A DNA stretch of 64,000 nucleotides from an uncultured Gemmatimonadales bacterium (GTDB lineage Bacteria > Gemmatimonadota > Gemmatimonadetes > Gemmatimonadales > GWC2-71-9): the NCBI GenBank assembly GCA_963836815.1, contig CAWILD010000014.1:31615-95614 (forward strand), written 5' to 3'. Position numbers and translations under genes: made by a program. Every line of letters starts with the position of its first letter. Position 1 is the stretch's first letter. Positions 48,332-56,740 of the stretch are shown here, piece after piece. The notes below the pieces were generated by a model. The model searched no databases. It was not told the origin of the DNA and saw only the letters and a list, made by a program, of their open reading frames with translations.

Positions 48332-48718
48332 ATGCCCTGGTGGGCACTTGGCTACGTCATCCTCTACGCCGGCATCGGCGTCGCGGCCGCGATCGATGAG
48401 TACCGCAGTGGCAACGGCCTCGGTTGGGCTGTGGGAGAGCTGCTCGCCACCGTCCTCGGGTCGCTCTTCGTGTGGGCGCTCTGGCACCGGAGTCTTCAGT
48501 CGGGCTTGGGGAAGGCCGTGCTTCCGCTCTTCGTGGGTGTGCTCGTGTGGGAGATCGTTTCGGCAGCGCACGACCTATCCGCCGAGCAGCCCAACGGGGA
48601 GCTGTCGCCGGCTGCCGATCGGGCAGCTCACCGCCTCGGCGTACTGCTCGCCCTTCTTCTCGTTGCCCCGGCTCTCGCGGCGGGTGCGTGGCTCTGTTGG
48701 CGCGCACTCAACGCATGA
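48332..48718 (+). CDS. integral membrane protein, unknown function
   Basis: ATG 48332, 128 aa, four hydrophobic helices. Confidence 0.5.
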   Translation: MPWWALGYVILYAGIGVAAAIDEYRSGNGLGWAVGELLATVLGSLFVWALWHRSLQSGLGKAVLPLFVGVLVWEIVSAAHDLSAEQPNGELSPAADRAAHRLGVLLALLLVAPALAAGAWLCWRALNA

Positions 48719-48836
48719 AGGGAGTCGCCATGCTTCACAGCCAGCTGATGCTCTTCGGGCTTCGGTGCCCTGAGCCTGATCGGCTGTGAGCGGCGGCTAC
48801 CCGGAAACATCACCGCGTGCCAGGTGTACCGGCGCA

Positions 48837-48976
48837 GTCTAACCCGCGCATGCAGCCGACAGACCGGATAAGCGCAGAGTTCCGCTCGGGCGGCACCCTC
48901 TGCGAGTGCTCTAAGGAACGAAGGTTTGTGCGGGCGGTAGCATGAGGGCCTGCAGCTGATGCGCAAGGCGCTAGGC
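48837..48976 (+). repeat. attC site (140 bp)
   Basis: GTCTAAC-ccgcgcatgcagccgac ... ggcctgcagctgatgcgcaaggc-GCTAGGC. Confidence 0.8.
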
Positions 48977-49008
48977 GGGCTCGCTATTGAGTTCTGGGAG
49001 GTGCCAAC

Positions 49009-49416
49009 ATGACCAGTCGGGATCAAACCCCCGTTGCCGAGGATCGGGACGCGGAGCTCCTCCGCTCGACCGAGCGCGAGCGACTCCGTGCGCTGGTCAC
49101 TGGTGATGTTGATCGGGCACGTCAGCTGCACTCCGAGGACTTTCAACTCATTAACCCTCTGGGCGGAGCGCTTTCGAAAGAGCAGTACCTGGGCGGCATC
49201 AGCGCCGGACAGATCCATTACCTGTACTGGGCGCCTGAATCGATCGCGGTTCGCCTCTACGGAGATGTGGCGGTGATCCGGTATCGGTCAGAGCTCGAAA
49301 TCGTTGTGCAGGGCCGCCACATTCCGCGTCAGCGGTATTGGCATACCGATCTATACGAGCGGCACGGGATGCAGTGGCAGGTCGTGTGGTCGCATGCGAC
49401 TGCCGCCGACTACTGA
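49009..49416 (+). CDS. DUF4440/SnoaL-like protein (cassette)
   Basis: GGGAGGTG precedes the ATG. ..ERLRALVTGDVDRARQLHSEDFQLINPLGGALSKEQYL..VAVIRY..YWHTDLYERHGMQWQVVWSHAT. Confidence 0.7.
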   Translation: MTSRDQTPVAEDRDAELLRSTERERLRALVTGDVDRARQLHSEDFQLINPLGGALSKEQYLGGISAGQIHYLYWAPESIAVRLYGDVAVIRYRSELEIVVQGRHIPRQRYWHTDLYERHGMQWQVVWSHATAADY

Positions 49417-49441
49417 TGGCGAACATCACGCCCAGCTCGCC

Positions 49442-49585
49442 GCCTAACCCGCGCATGCAGCCGGCAGGCCGGGGTGGGCCCAGAACTCCGCTCGGGCGCG
49501 GGGCTCCTGGAGGCGAGTCAGCGGAAGCGTAGGTTTGTGCGGGCGGTAGGATGATCGCCTGCAGCTGATGGCAAAGTCGTTAGAC
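49442..49585 (+). repeat. attC site (144 bp)
   Basis: GCCTAAC-ccgcgcatgcagccggc ... cgcctgcagctgatggcaaagtc-GTTAGAC. Confidence 0.8.
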
Positions 49586-49599
49586 GGACGCGGAAAGGC

Positions 49600-50076
49600 T
49601 CAGGCCGAGGCGGCGCGCCGATCGATCCGAGCTATGAAGCAGCCGGCCTCGGCGTTCCGCAAATGCGCATACTGAGCGGCTGGGAGCTCGAAGACCACAT
49701 CGAGGACGTCTTCGAAGCGGGCGGTGCCGACCCGCCGCTGAGCCAGGAGGGTCCCGGCCGCACCGTAGCCTTCGATCACGAGGGGTAGGGGTCTCAGCGC
49801 CTCGGGGAGTCCCCCGTCATCGTACCGCTCACAGGGGACGCGATGGATGAACACCGGCCCCGGTGCGGGCAAGGCTCCGGGATCCGTGAAAGGTTGGTAG
49901 GTGAAGAGCAGGCGCTCATCAGTCCCGACGGTGAAGGTTTGCAGGCATAGTCGGCACGGGCCGTATCCCGTTGCTACCTCGACATGGGCGGGATGGCCGT
50001 ACTGCGGCGAGCGGAGGGCGGCTCGCGCCGCCGTCGCCAGGCTGTCGGGAATGCCTTGAATCCGGTAGCGGTGCAT
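49600..50076 (-). CDS. DUF1203 domain protein (reverse-oriented in its cassette)
   Basis: MHRYRIQGIP..GYGPCRLCLQTF..ERLLFTYQPF..GPVFIH match the DUF1203 pattern as I recall it. Confidence 0.65.
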   Translation of the reverse strand: MHRYRIQGIPDSLATAARAALRSPQYGHPAHVEVATGYGPCRLCLQTFTVGTDERLLFTYQPFTDPGALPAPGPVFIHRVPCERYDDGGLPEALRPLPLVIEGYGAAGTLLAQRRVGTARFEDVLDVVFELPAAQYAHLRNAEAGCFIARIDRRAASA

Positions 50077-50149
50077 GCGGGAGCCCGGGAAGAGGTGCGA
50101 CGAAGCTAGATGCTTCGGCACGGGCGTGCCTCCCAAGTCATGCGCTCAA

Positions 50150-50270
50150 ATCGCGCGGCGCGCCACCGGTGCCGCGGGCGCGGGCGCCCGTGCGACTCCC
50201 GGTCGTCCTGACGCCGGAGGAGGTGCGCCGGGTGCTGGAGCAGATGTGGGGCACTACGCGGCTAGCGTTT
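50150..50270 (+). pseudogene. integron-integrase-like (IntI) fragment, ~40 codons
   Basis: ..[34 protein letters not shown] parallels the IntI1 segment ..[28 protein letters not shown] (from memory). No catalytic region follows, and it is cut off by the attC at 50310. Confidence 0.55.
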
Positions 50271-50309
50271 CAAGCGAGCGCTTCGCTTGGGTCAAAGGTC
50301 CCAGGTGCC

Positions 50310-50447
50310 GCCTAACCAGCGCATGCAGCCGGCAAGCGCTTCCAGGCAAGTCTCCGGTGCCCGCCACCCGCCGATGGCGGGCGGCGGAACGTAGGGTTGC
50401 TGCATGAGCGGGCGAGTCGCTTGCGGCTGATGCGCATTTCGTTAGGC
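50310..50447 (+). repeat. attC site (138 bp)
   Basis: GCCTAAC-cagcgcatgcagccggc ... cgcttgcggctgatgcgcatttc-GTTAGGC. Confidence 0.8.
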
Positions 50448-50495
50448 AGCCTTGAGATTCATTGATGCGAATCGGGTGATCAAGGAGGTGAAACA

Positions 50496-51206
50496 ATGTC
50501 GTACGTGGCAGTCGTCTTCGTCGTCGGGTTGCTCATCGCGATTCACGAGTATGGCCACCTGTTGGCGGCGAAACTGTGCGGGATCCCCGTCAAGCGATTC
50601 TCCATTGGCTTCGGGCCTAAGGTCCTCGAGGTCAAACACGGAGAAACATCGTATTGGCTCTCCTGGATTCCGATAGGCGGTTACGTCCTGCCGGCAATCG
50701 AGCAGGACGACTTCCGCGAACTTCCGGCGTATAAGCGAATCACATTTGCCCTTGGCGGTCCGATGGCCAACGTGATCGCGGCGTTCATGGGTTTATTCCT
50801 CCTCGGGCTCGCCCAGTTCAACTTGCCAGTATTCGGGGCCACATCGTTTGCCGCTACCCAACTGTGGACGGGACTGCAACAACAGATCTCTGGGCTTTCG
50901 GCGCTGGTTACTGATGTCGAGCAACTCACCGGGATCGTCGGAATCGTTGCTGTTGGAGGTGCCCAGTTCGGATCCACGCTCACCAGCTTGCTGACGTTCT
51001 CGGTGCTGATAAACCTCAGCCTGGCTGTCATGAACCTGTTGCCGCTACCTCCGCTCGACGGTGGGCGAATTCTCTTCTGCGTTCTCGAGAAGATCTACCG
51101 GCCTGTGGTCAGGGCCGAAGCTCCCTTGACCTTAGCCGGCTGGACGATGGTCTTGGCGTTGATGGTCTATCTGACGGTTCAGGATGTCGGCAGGATCTTG
51201 GCCTAG
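50496..51206 (+). CDS. M50 (site-2 protease) family membrane metalloprotease without PDZ domain (cassette)
   Basis: AAGGAGG precedes the ATG. HEYGH (HExxH) sits in the first TM region and NLLPLPPLDGG in a later TM region. 236 aa. Confidence 0.8.
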   Translation: MSYVAVVFVVGLLIAIHEYGHLLAAKLCGIPVKRFSIGFGPKVLEVKHGETSYWLSWIPIGGYVLPAIEQDDFRELPAYKRITFALGGPMANVIAAFMGLFLLGLAQFNLPVFGATSFAATQLWTGLQQQISGLSALVTDVEQLTGIVGIVAVGGAQFGSTLTSLLTFSVLINLSLAVMNLLPLPPLDGGRILFCVLEKIYRPVVRAEAPLTLAGWTMVLALMVYLTVQDVGRILA

Positions 51207-51255
51207 AGAGTATTCCAGCAGAAAACTGGATGGCGTCGTATCGGACCTGAGCGCT

Positions 51256-51341
51256 GCCTAACAGGCGCTTGCAGCCGACGGCGCGGGTATCATCGTGTGA
51301 AAGATCTGGGAGCGCGCCGCGGCTGAAGCGCGACGTTAGGC
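51256..51341 (+). repeat. attC site (86 bp)
   Basis: GCCTAAC-aggcgcttgcagccgac ... gcggctgaagcgcgac-GTTAGGC. Confidence 0.8.
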
Positions 51342-51354
51342 CTGCGAGAGACCA

Positions 51355-51783
51355 ATGATGACCACTAAGACCTATCTAGAGCCGACACAAGAGTCGGGCC
51401 GCGCATTCTTCACTCGCGGTATTTCCGGCAGCGTCGTAATGCTCAACTTGCTGCGGTTTCGTCCCGTTGCGGACTACTCAGCCACACCCGACCTCGCTCC
51501 GGCTTCGCCCATATCCGGAGAGACCGCCTACCGCCTATATATGGAGCACACTCTTCCGTACCTGAAGCAGTCCGGGGGTGAAGTGCTCTTTTTCGGCAAG
51601 GGCGGCGAGTTCCTGATTGGCCCGAGCGATGAGCGCTGGGACGCCGCCATGCTTGTGCGCCAAACCAACGTAGCTTCGTTCCTAGAGTTCGCCTCAAACC
51701 AAGAGTACCTCTCCGGCCTCGGGCATCGCCTCGCCGCGTTAGAGGATTCACGCTTGCTCCCGCTTATCGGGGAACAGGCCTAA
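51355..51783 (+). CDS. DUF1330 domain protein (cassette)
   Basis: ..VVMLNLLRFRPVADY..YRLYMEHTLPYLKQSGGEVLFFG.. The stop TAA lies inside the next attC R'' box. Confidence 0.65.
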   Translation: MMTTKTYLEPTQESGRAFFTRGISGSVVMLNLLRFRPVADYSATPDLAPASPISGETAYRLYMEHTLPYLKQSGGEVLFFGKGGEFLIGPSDERWDAAMLVRQTNVASFLEFASNQEYLSGLGHRLAALEDSRLLPLIGEQA

Positions 51784-51837
51784 CAAATCCATGCAGCCGA
51801 CGTGCGAAGCCGCACGCGGCTGATGGTGTCGTTAGGC
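51778..51837 (+). repeat. attC site, minimal 60-bp form
   Basis: GCCTAAC-aaatcc-ATGCAGCCG-acgtgcg-aagc-cgcacg-CGGCTGAT-ggtgtc-GTTAGGC. All boxes pair, with one unpaired G in the left inner box. Confidence 0.85.
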
Positions 51838-51851
51838 CGCGATCGGAAACT

Positions 51852-52247
51852 ATGGACTATGCCATCAAGCTCGTAGTTCTATCGGCGGCGACACTCGCTG
51901 CTCTCGCCGTCGGCGTCTCCGTGCTCGCGATGTATCGTCTTGTTGAGCCGCGGCGCCTCGCCATCATCTCGCTGGTATCGGCAGCCATCGCCGCGACGGT
52001 GTATCCTTGGCACGGGCTTCGGGCAGAATCCCTTCCTGCGTCGTTTCTTGTGTTCCTTTTCCTCGCCGTAACAGCTGCAGCTTCTGGTATCGCATGCCTG
52101 GCGTTGACCCGTCGGAGCGAGCACCCAGGGCTTGGGGGCCTAGAGATCGTCGTTGTGGTGGCCGTAATCGCCGCGTTGGTGCCGATGGTTCAGTTCTGGT
52201 TCGCAGGGGGCTTCGTTGCGCTTGCCCTCATCTTCGGCATGCACTAA
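51852..52247 (+). CDS. integral membrane protein, unknown function (cassette)
   Basis: 131 aa with four hydrophobic helices. Confidence 0.5.
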   Translation: MDYAIKLVVLSAATLAALAVGVSVLAMYRLVEPRRLAIISLVSAAIAATVYPWHGLRAESLPASFLVFLFLAVTAAASGIACLALTRRSEHPGLGGLEIVVVVAVIAALVPMVQFWFAGGFVALALIFGMH

Positions 52248-52273
52248 CGGTGCTGGCTATCGTCGGAACCGCA

Positions 52274-52369
52274 GCCTAACCAAGCGTTGGAGCGGTCCGC
52301 CGGAGTGCGGCGTTCGAAGGTAGTCCGCGGCATTCCGTCCGCCGGCCGCTCAACGCTCGGTCGTTAGGC
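52274..52369 (+). repeat. attC site (96 bp)
   Basis: GCCTAAC-caagcgttggagcggtccgccgg ... ccggccgctcaacgctcggtc-GTTAGGC. Confidence 0.8.
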
Positions 52370-52497
52370 GGTCGACATATGTCTTGGTCCAGGACCTCGC
52401 CGCCTGTACTTCTCTACAGCGTGCCACGCGTCGGGCATTTCTTGCGCGTTTCCCGCGATTGAGCTGGAGTCGGGGGGCAACGACCACTGGAGGCCGT

Positions 52498-52953
52498 ATG
52501 AAGGGACCTCGATATCCGGTCGGGCTTCTCCTCGTTTTGGTGGCGGCGGCATGTGGCGGCGCGCGCTCCGCGCGTACACCCACCCCGAGCCCAGGTGCTG
52601 CGCCTTTCATCGCGATCAAGGTCGACACCATGGCGTGGGGAGAGGCGAACATGCATCCGACGCTGCAGTGGTTCCGCAAGCGCCTGGTGAACGATACGAG
52701 TGCGCAGGGCATCTACGTCTCCCTGCTCCGCTATCCGGCGGGAGTGATTAACCCAAGTCACAGGCATCCGCATCCGCATGGGTTCTACGTTCTGCAGGGG
52801 CAACTAGTGACGAGTCGTGGCACCTTTGGGCCGGGAACGTTCGTCTGGTTCCCAGCTGGCGAAGTCATCGAACACGGCGCCGGCATCAAGGAGGACATGG
52901 TGGCGATCTTCATCAGCGGCGCGCCGTTCCAGATCGATTACGTGAACAGGTGA
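52498..52953 (+). CDS. cupin-domain lipoprotein (cassette)
   Basis: GGAGG precedes ATG 52498. Lipobox LVLVAAAC. ..INPSHRHPHPHGFYVLQGQLV..FVWFPAGEVIEHG. Confidence 0.7.
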   Translation: MKGPRYPVGLLLVLVAAACGGARSARTPTPSPGAAPFIAIKVDTMAWGEANMHPTLQWFRKRLVNDTSAQGIYVSLLRYPAGVINPSHRHPHPHGFYVLQGQLVTSRGTFGPGTFVWFPAGEVIEHGAGIKEDMVAIFISGAPFQIDYVNR

Positions 52954-53003
52954 GCCAGAGCACTGGGCGCTCCTACACAAGGCGGCGATTGGCCAAAGTC
53001 GCC

Positions 53004-53145
53004 GCCTAACCCGCTCATGCAGCCGACGGGCCGGAGGGGCGCGGAGTTCCGCGCGGGCGGCACCCTCCCACAGCGCCGCTAGGGAGGCCTAAGTTTGTGC
53101 GGGCGCCAGCACGAGGGCCCTCAGCTGATGCGCAAGTCGTTAGGC
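53004..53145 (+). repeat. attC site (142 bp)
   Basis: GCCTAAC-ccgctcatgcagccgac ... ggccctcagctgatgcgcaagtc-GTTAGGC. Confidence 0.8.
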
Positions 53146-53233
53146 GGCCGCCCGGCTTCCCCTCTAGGGCGCCTCTCTCTTCAGGAGGAGCTGGTCTGGC
53201 TGGTCCGTTCACCACACTGATTTCGGAGATCCA

Positions 53234-53614
53234 ATGGGTCGGCAGATTGTCTCTACATCGAAGGCGGCCAAGCCACCCGCAACCTACAGCCAGGCAGTGA
53301 AGGCCGCGGGCCTTGTGTTCGTCTCGGGCACAGCCCCGGCCGACCCTGCAACGGGCGGTTTGGTCGGCGCAACCATCCAAGAGCAAACACGGCAGTGTCT
53401 GACCAACATTGCCGCCATCCTACAAGAGGCCGGCAGCTCGCTTGAGAAGATTGTGAGTGCGACGGTGATTCTGGCGGAAGAGGAGGATTTTGGAGGCATG
53501 AATGAGGAATGGGTCCGATGGTTTCCCTCTAACCCTCCGGCTCGCCAAGGCGCCAAACTGCCTGTGCGGGTTCCCGGTCTGAAGGTCTCGATTGCCGCCA
53601 TTGCCGAGGCATAG
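53234..53614 (+). CDS. ridA: RidA/YjgF family reactive-intermediate deaminase (cassette)
   Basis: ..YSQAVKAAGLVFVSGTAP..TIQEQTRQCLTNIAAILQEAGSSLEKIV..PARQGAKLPV.. is the typical RidA pattern. Confidence 0.8.
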   Translation: MGRQIVSTSKAAKPPATYSQAVKAAGLVFVSGTAPADPATGGLVGATIQEQTRQCLTNIAAILQEAGSSLEKIVSATVILAEEEDFGGMNEEWVRWFPSNPPARQGAKLPVRVPGLKVSIAAIAEA

Positions 53615-53705
53615 GGGCCTTGATCCGCGTCTGGGCGGTCCCACTCGGCACTATCGGTCGCATTCGCTTCGGGTAAAGCGAGGGCGGGTATCCCCAACCG
53701 CGGCC

Positions 53706-53834
53706 GCCTAACCCGCAAATGCAGCCGACAAACGCGGCCTGGCCCGAACTCCGGTGATTGGCAGCCCTCCCAGAGGCGGTAAGGAACGTAGGTTTTTCTC
53801 AGGTCGTTTGCAGCTGATTTGCATTTCGTTAGGC
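53706..53834 (+). repeat. attC site (129 bp)
   Basis: GCCTAAC-ccgcaaatgcagccgac ... gtttgcagctgatttgcatttc-GTTAGGC. Confidence 0.8.
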
Positions 53835-54211
53835 GGCGCAGTCACCGCTCGTGGCAAGTACCAACGGTCGAATGATTCATCCTCGCGTTCGGCAGTAACC
53901 TTCTCTGCTCCGCGAAGCGACATCCGAAGCAGCCTCTCAACGACCGCGCCAAGCTCTGGGTACCTTCCCCGGTCTCGCATCATCCAGGCTCTGCTCAGCT
54001 CTCGTCCATTGCGCCAGATCGTGAAGGTTCGAACGTCCTCATCGCTGTCCAACACGTATCGAGGCTGAGCTGCTGCTAGTTCATCTGCATGTGCATCTAC
54101 CCGCAACCAGAACGCAGCCAACTCTGCTTCTTCCGCCTTCCCCTGCACGTACGTTGTGACCAACCGAGACGGACACCGGAGAGGGACGATCGTTCCGTCG
54201 TCCCAAAGCAC
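53708..54211 (-). CDS. hypothetical protein; 3' end of ORF reads through the attC
   Basis: 167-codon ORF. The first ~120 codons look coding (..FTIWRNGRELSRAWMMRDRGRYPELGAVVERLL..). The last ~40 are antisense attC sequence. Confidence 0.4.
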   Translation of the reverse strand: MLWDDGTIVPLRCPSRLVTTYVQGKAEEAELAAFWLRVDAHADELAAAQPRYVLDSDEDVRTFTIWRNGRELSRAWMMRDRGRYPELGAVVERLLRMSLRGAEKVTAEREDESFDRWYLPRAVTAPPNEMQISCKRPEKNLRSLPPLGGLPITGVRARPRLSAAFAG

Positions 54212-54277
54212 GGCGAGCGGCTGGTATCGCGGTCCAGACCGGAGCCCGGGTGGCCCAGAGAGCGCCGGCGTGATGCC

Positions 54278-54901
54278 TTAGACGGTGCGGGGTCGCCACG
54301 GCTCGTGCTCGTGCGCGAGCCAGACCAGCTCGGGGTCGAGCGCGCGCACCCGCAGCTGGCCTTCGGTGTGCGGCTCGTCGAGCTCGCCAAACCAAACCGC
54401 CACGTCGCCGCCAACGACGACCGGGCGCCCGCCAGTCTCGACGACGACGACCTGCATGCCGCGTGTGTGGCCCGGCGCCGGGACGAGCCGGAGCCCGGGA
54501 AGCAGCTCGAGTTCGCCGTCGACCGGCACGTACCGCACGCCGGGCGCCTCGACCCACTCGCGAATGGTGTAGTCGTCCTCGTTGCGCGCGTCGTCGAGCT
54601 CCCGACGCTGGACGTAGATCGGCCTGCCGGCGAAGAGGTGGTTGCCGCCGCAGTGGTCGAAGTGCAGGTGTGTGTTGACGACGATGTCGATGCCGGCGAG
54701 GTCGAAGTTCTGATTGCTCAGTGGACGGAGGCGGGGATCGAGGTCGGCCACCGCCGGGTGCAGCTCCGTCATGCCGGTGTCGACCAGCACGCGCGCATCG
54801 GGATGGTCGATGACGTGCACGTAGACCGGCATCCGCTCGCCCTCGGCGAGCAGGTCGGCAACGCGGACTGGCGTGATGGTGATTGAGGCGAGGGCGTTCA
54901 T
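54278..54901 (-). CDS. MBL-fold metallo-hydrolase (lactonase-like)
   Basis: THLHFDHCGG (HxHxDH), ..PAPGHTRG.., ..GDV... 207 aa. Confidence 0.8.
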   Translation of the reverse strand: MNALASITITPVRVADLLAEGERMPVYVHVIDHPDARVLVDTGMTELHPAVADLDPRLRPLSNQNFDLAGIDIVVNTHLHFDHCGGNHLFAGRPIYVQRRELDDARNEDDYTIREWVEAPGVRYVPVDGELELLPGLRLVPAPGHTRGMQVVVVETGGRPVVVGGDVAVWFGELDEPHTEGQLRVRALDPELVWLAHEHEPWRPRTV

Positions 54902-55416
54902 TGAGGACCGACCGCCGTGGTGGTGGCTGATTTCATCGCGATCACGTGCTCCACGAACTGATCGACGGCGATCTCGGTGCCCTGGTAGAAGCCCGACGCT
55001 TTGTTGTTCTCGAGGTCCGCTTCATCCCGGTGCAGCGCCGTGAAGACGTAGCGAGTGCCGGTTCCCACGGTTTCCATCGTAATGATGGCGGTAATCGGAA
55101 TGTCGTCAAAGACAGCCGGACGATAGCCGGGGAACAACATGGAGGTCCAGACAAGTCGCTCCATCGGAAGCACTTCCAGGAAACAGCCGAGGTTGGGAAC
55201 CTCCTGACCGTCTGCCATTGCGATGTCGATGCTGAAGATGCCGCCCGGTCGCACGTCCATTTCGGTTCGCGACACACGCCCCCAAGGCTTGGGCATGTAC
55301 CACTCCTTCAGATGCTCCGGTTTGGTCAACGCTTCCCAGACGAGCCGCGTGGGAGCGTCGATGAACCGTTCGATAGCGAAATCAAGTTTCGGATTGAGCG
55401 TGAATTGCTTGCTCAT
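54898..55416 (-). CDS. SRPBCC (AHSA1/START-like) domain protein
   Basis: ATG 55416 overlaps the arsR-like stop. ..IERFIDAPTRLVWEALTKPEHLKEWY..GGIFSI... ArsR-SRPBCC is a common gene pair. Confidence 0.7.
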   Translation of the reverse strand: MSKQFTLNPKLDFAIERFIDAPTRLVWEALTKPEHLKEWYMPKPWGRVSRTEMDVRPGGIFSIDIAMADGQEVPNLGCFLEVLPMERLVWTSMLFPGYRPAVFDDIPITAIITMETVGTGTRYVFTALHRDEADLENNKASGFYQGTEIAVDQFVEHVIAMKSATTTAVGPQ

Positions 55417-55766
55417 GATTCTGATTCCTTGTCCTTGAGTTGTTTGACGTATTGGTCGAACCGGTCCAGTCGAGCTTCCCACAACTGACGACGCGCGGTC
55501 AGCCAGTCTTCAACGACCTTGAACCGTTCGGGTGCGATCTCATACGTCCGCACTCGGCCGCGCTTTTGCGACCGCACCAGTCGGCTCTGTTCGAGCACCG
55601 AGAGGTGCTGCACGAACGACGGGAGTTGCATGTCGAACGGTGCCGCCAGTTCGCTGACGGTGGCTGGTCCGACAGACAGTCGCTCCAGGACTTTCCGCCG
55701 CGTCGGGTTGGACAAGGCGTGAAACACGTCGTCAGCGGCTGCGGAGTGAACCATTTGCGACACCAT
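55413..55766 (-). CDS. ArsR/SmtB family transcriptional regulator
   Basis: ..VFHALSNPTRRKVLERLSVGPATVSELAAPFDMQLPSFVQHLSVLEQSRLVRSQKRGRVRTYEI is a winged HTH of the ArsR type. Confidence 0.85.
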   Translation of the reverse strand: MVSQMVHSAAADDVFHALSNPTRRKVLERLSVGPATVSELAAPFDMQLPSFVQHLSVLEQSRLVRSQKRGRVRTYEIAPERFKVVEDWLTARRQLWEARLDRFDQYVKQLKDKESES

Positions 55767-55975
55767 CCAAATGCTCGGGTTATCCGATCTGACCGAGAGA
55801 TTCTACAGCCATGGAATACTTCTGTCAATACCTAAGTATTTGCCATGATGGAAGCGCGGCCCCCCACGCAGAGACAAGAGCTCCGGCGAAGCCGGTTTCC
55901 CTTCATCGACTGGACTGCGACCTTTGCTGGCCGGGATGCAGTCAGGGCCGCGCATGGCGAGCGCTTCGCTCTGCG

Positions 55976-56074
55976 GCCTAACGAACGTTGCAGCTGACAA
56001 GCGATCTGATGATTGCGCCACGCTGCGCGCGGCGCTTCTATTGACTCGCTTGCAGCTGAACTTGGGCGTTAGGC
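55976..56074 (+). repeat. attC site (99 bp)
   Basis: GCCTAAC-gaacgttgcagctgac ... cgcttgcagctgaacttgggc-GTTAGGC. Confidence 0.8.
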
Positions 56075-56205
56075 CGACACTACGGACATCTTGTCTTCGC
56101 AAGCGCGCTATAGCAGCGGAAGTCCGCCCCACGGTAGGCGACACGCCAGATCACTGACCGCCACGTTGAATAACTCGCACGGGCAGGCGAGTAGGGAGAT
56201 GGATC

Positions 56206-56532
56206 ATGCCGCTCTATCTATCGCGCTTCAGCTATACGCCGGAGACATGGGCCAGATTGATTCGGAAGCCCGAGGACCGCCGAAAGGCCGCTCAGACGTA
56301 TATCGAGTCGGTTGGTGGAAAACTCCATGGGTTCTGGTACGCCTTCGGGACACATGACGGCTACAACCTCTGGGAGGCCCCCGACAACGTGTCCATGGCC
56401 GCGGTTGCGATTGCGATCAGTGGCGGTGCTGCGCTCAGCTCCTTCGAAACGACGGTCCTCCTAACCGTCGACGAAGCGATAGCCGCCCTTCGGAAGGCCG
56501 AGCAAGTCAGCTACCGGGCACCCGGTGCGTAG
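56206..56532 (+). CDS. GYD domain protein (cassette)
   Basis: MPLYLSRFSYTPETWARL..ESVGGKLHGFWYAFGTHDGYNLWEAPDN matches the GYD family pattern. Confidence 0.7.
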   Translation: MPLYLSRFSYTPETWARLIRKPEDRRKAAQTYIESVGGKLHGFWYAFGTHDGYNLWEAPDNVSMAAVAIAISGGAALSSFETTVLLTVDEAIAALRKAEQVSYRAPGA

Positions 56533-56549
56533 CGTATCAGGCGCGTGCG

Positions 56550-56689
56550 GCCTAACCCGCGCATGCAGCCGACGGGCCGGAAATGTCCCGGGGCTCCGCC
56601 CGGGCGCAGCGTCCCGTGAGGACGCTGCGGAACGTAAGTTTGTGTGGCACGGGCATGATGGCCCGCAGCTGATGCGCAAGTCGTTAGAC
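56550..56689 (+). repeat. attC site (140 bp)
   Basis: GCCTAAC-ccgcgcatgcagccgac ... ggcccgcagctgatgcgcaagtc-GTTAGAC. Confidence 0.8.
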
Positions 56690-56740
56690 GGCGCGTCCCC
56701 CCTTCTTGCTCGCCCGTGCTGACAGAGTGACTTTGCCCTC

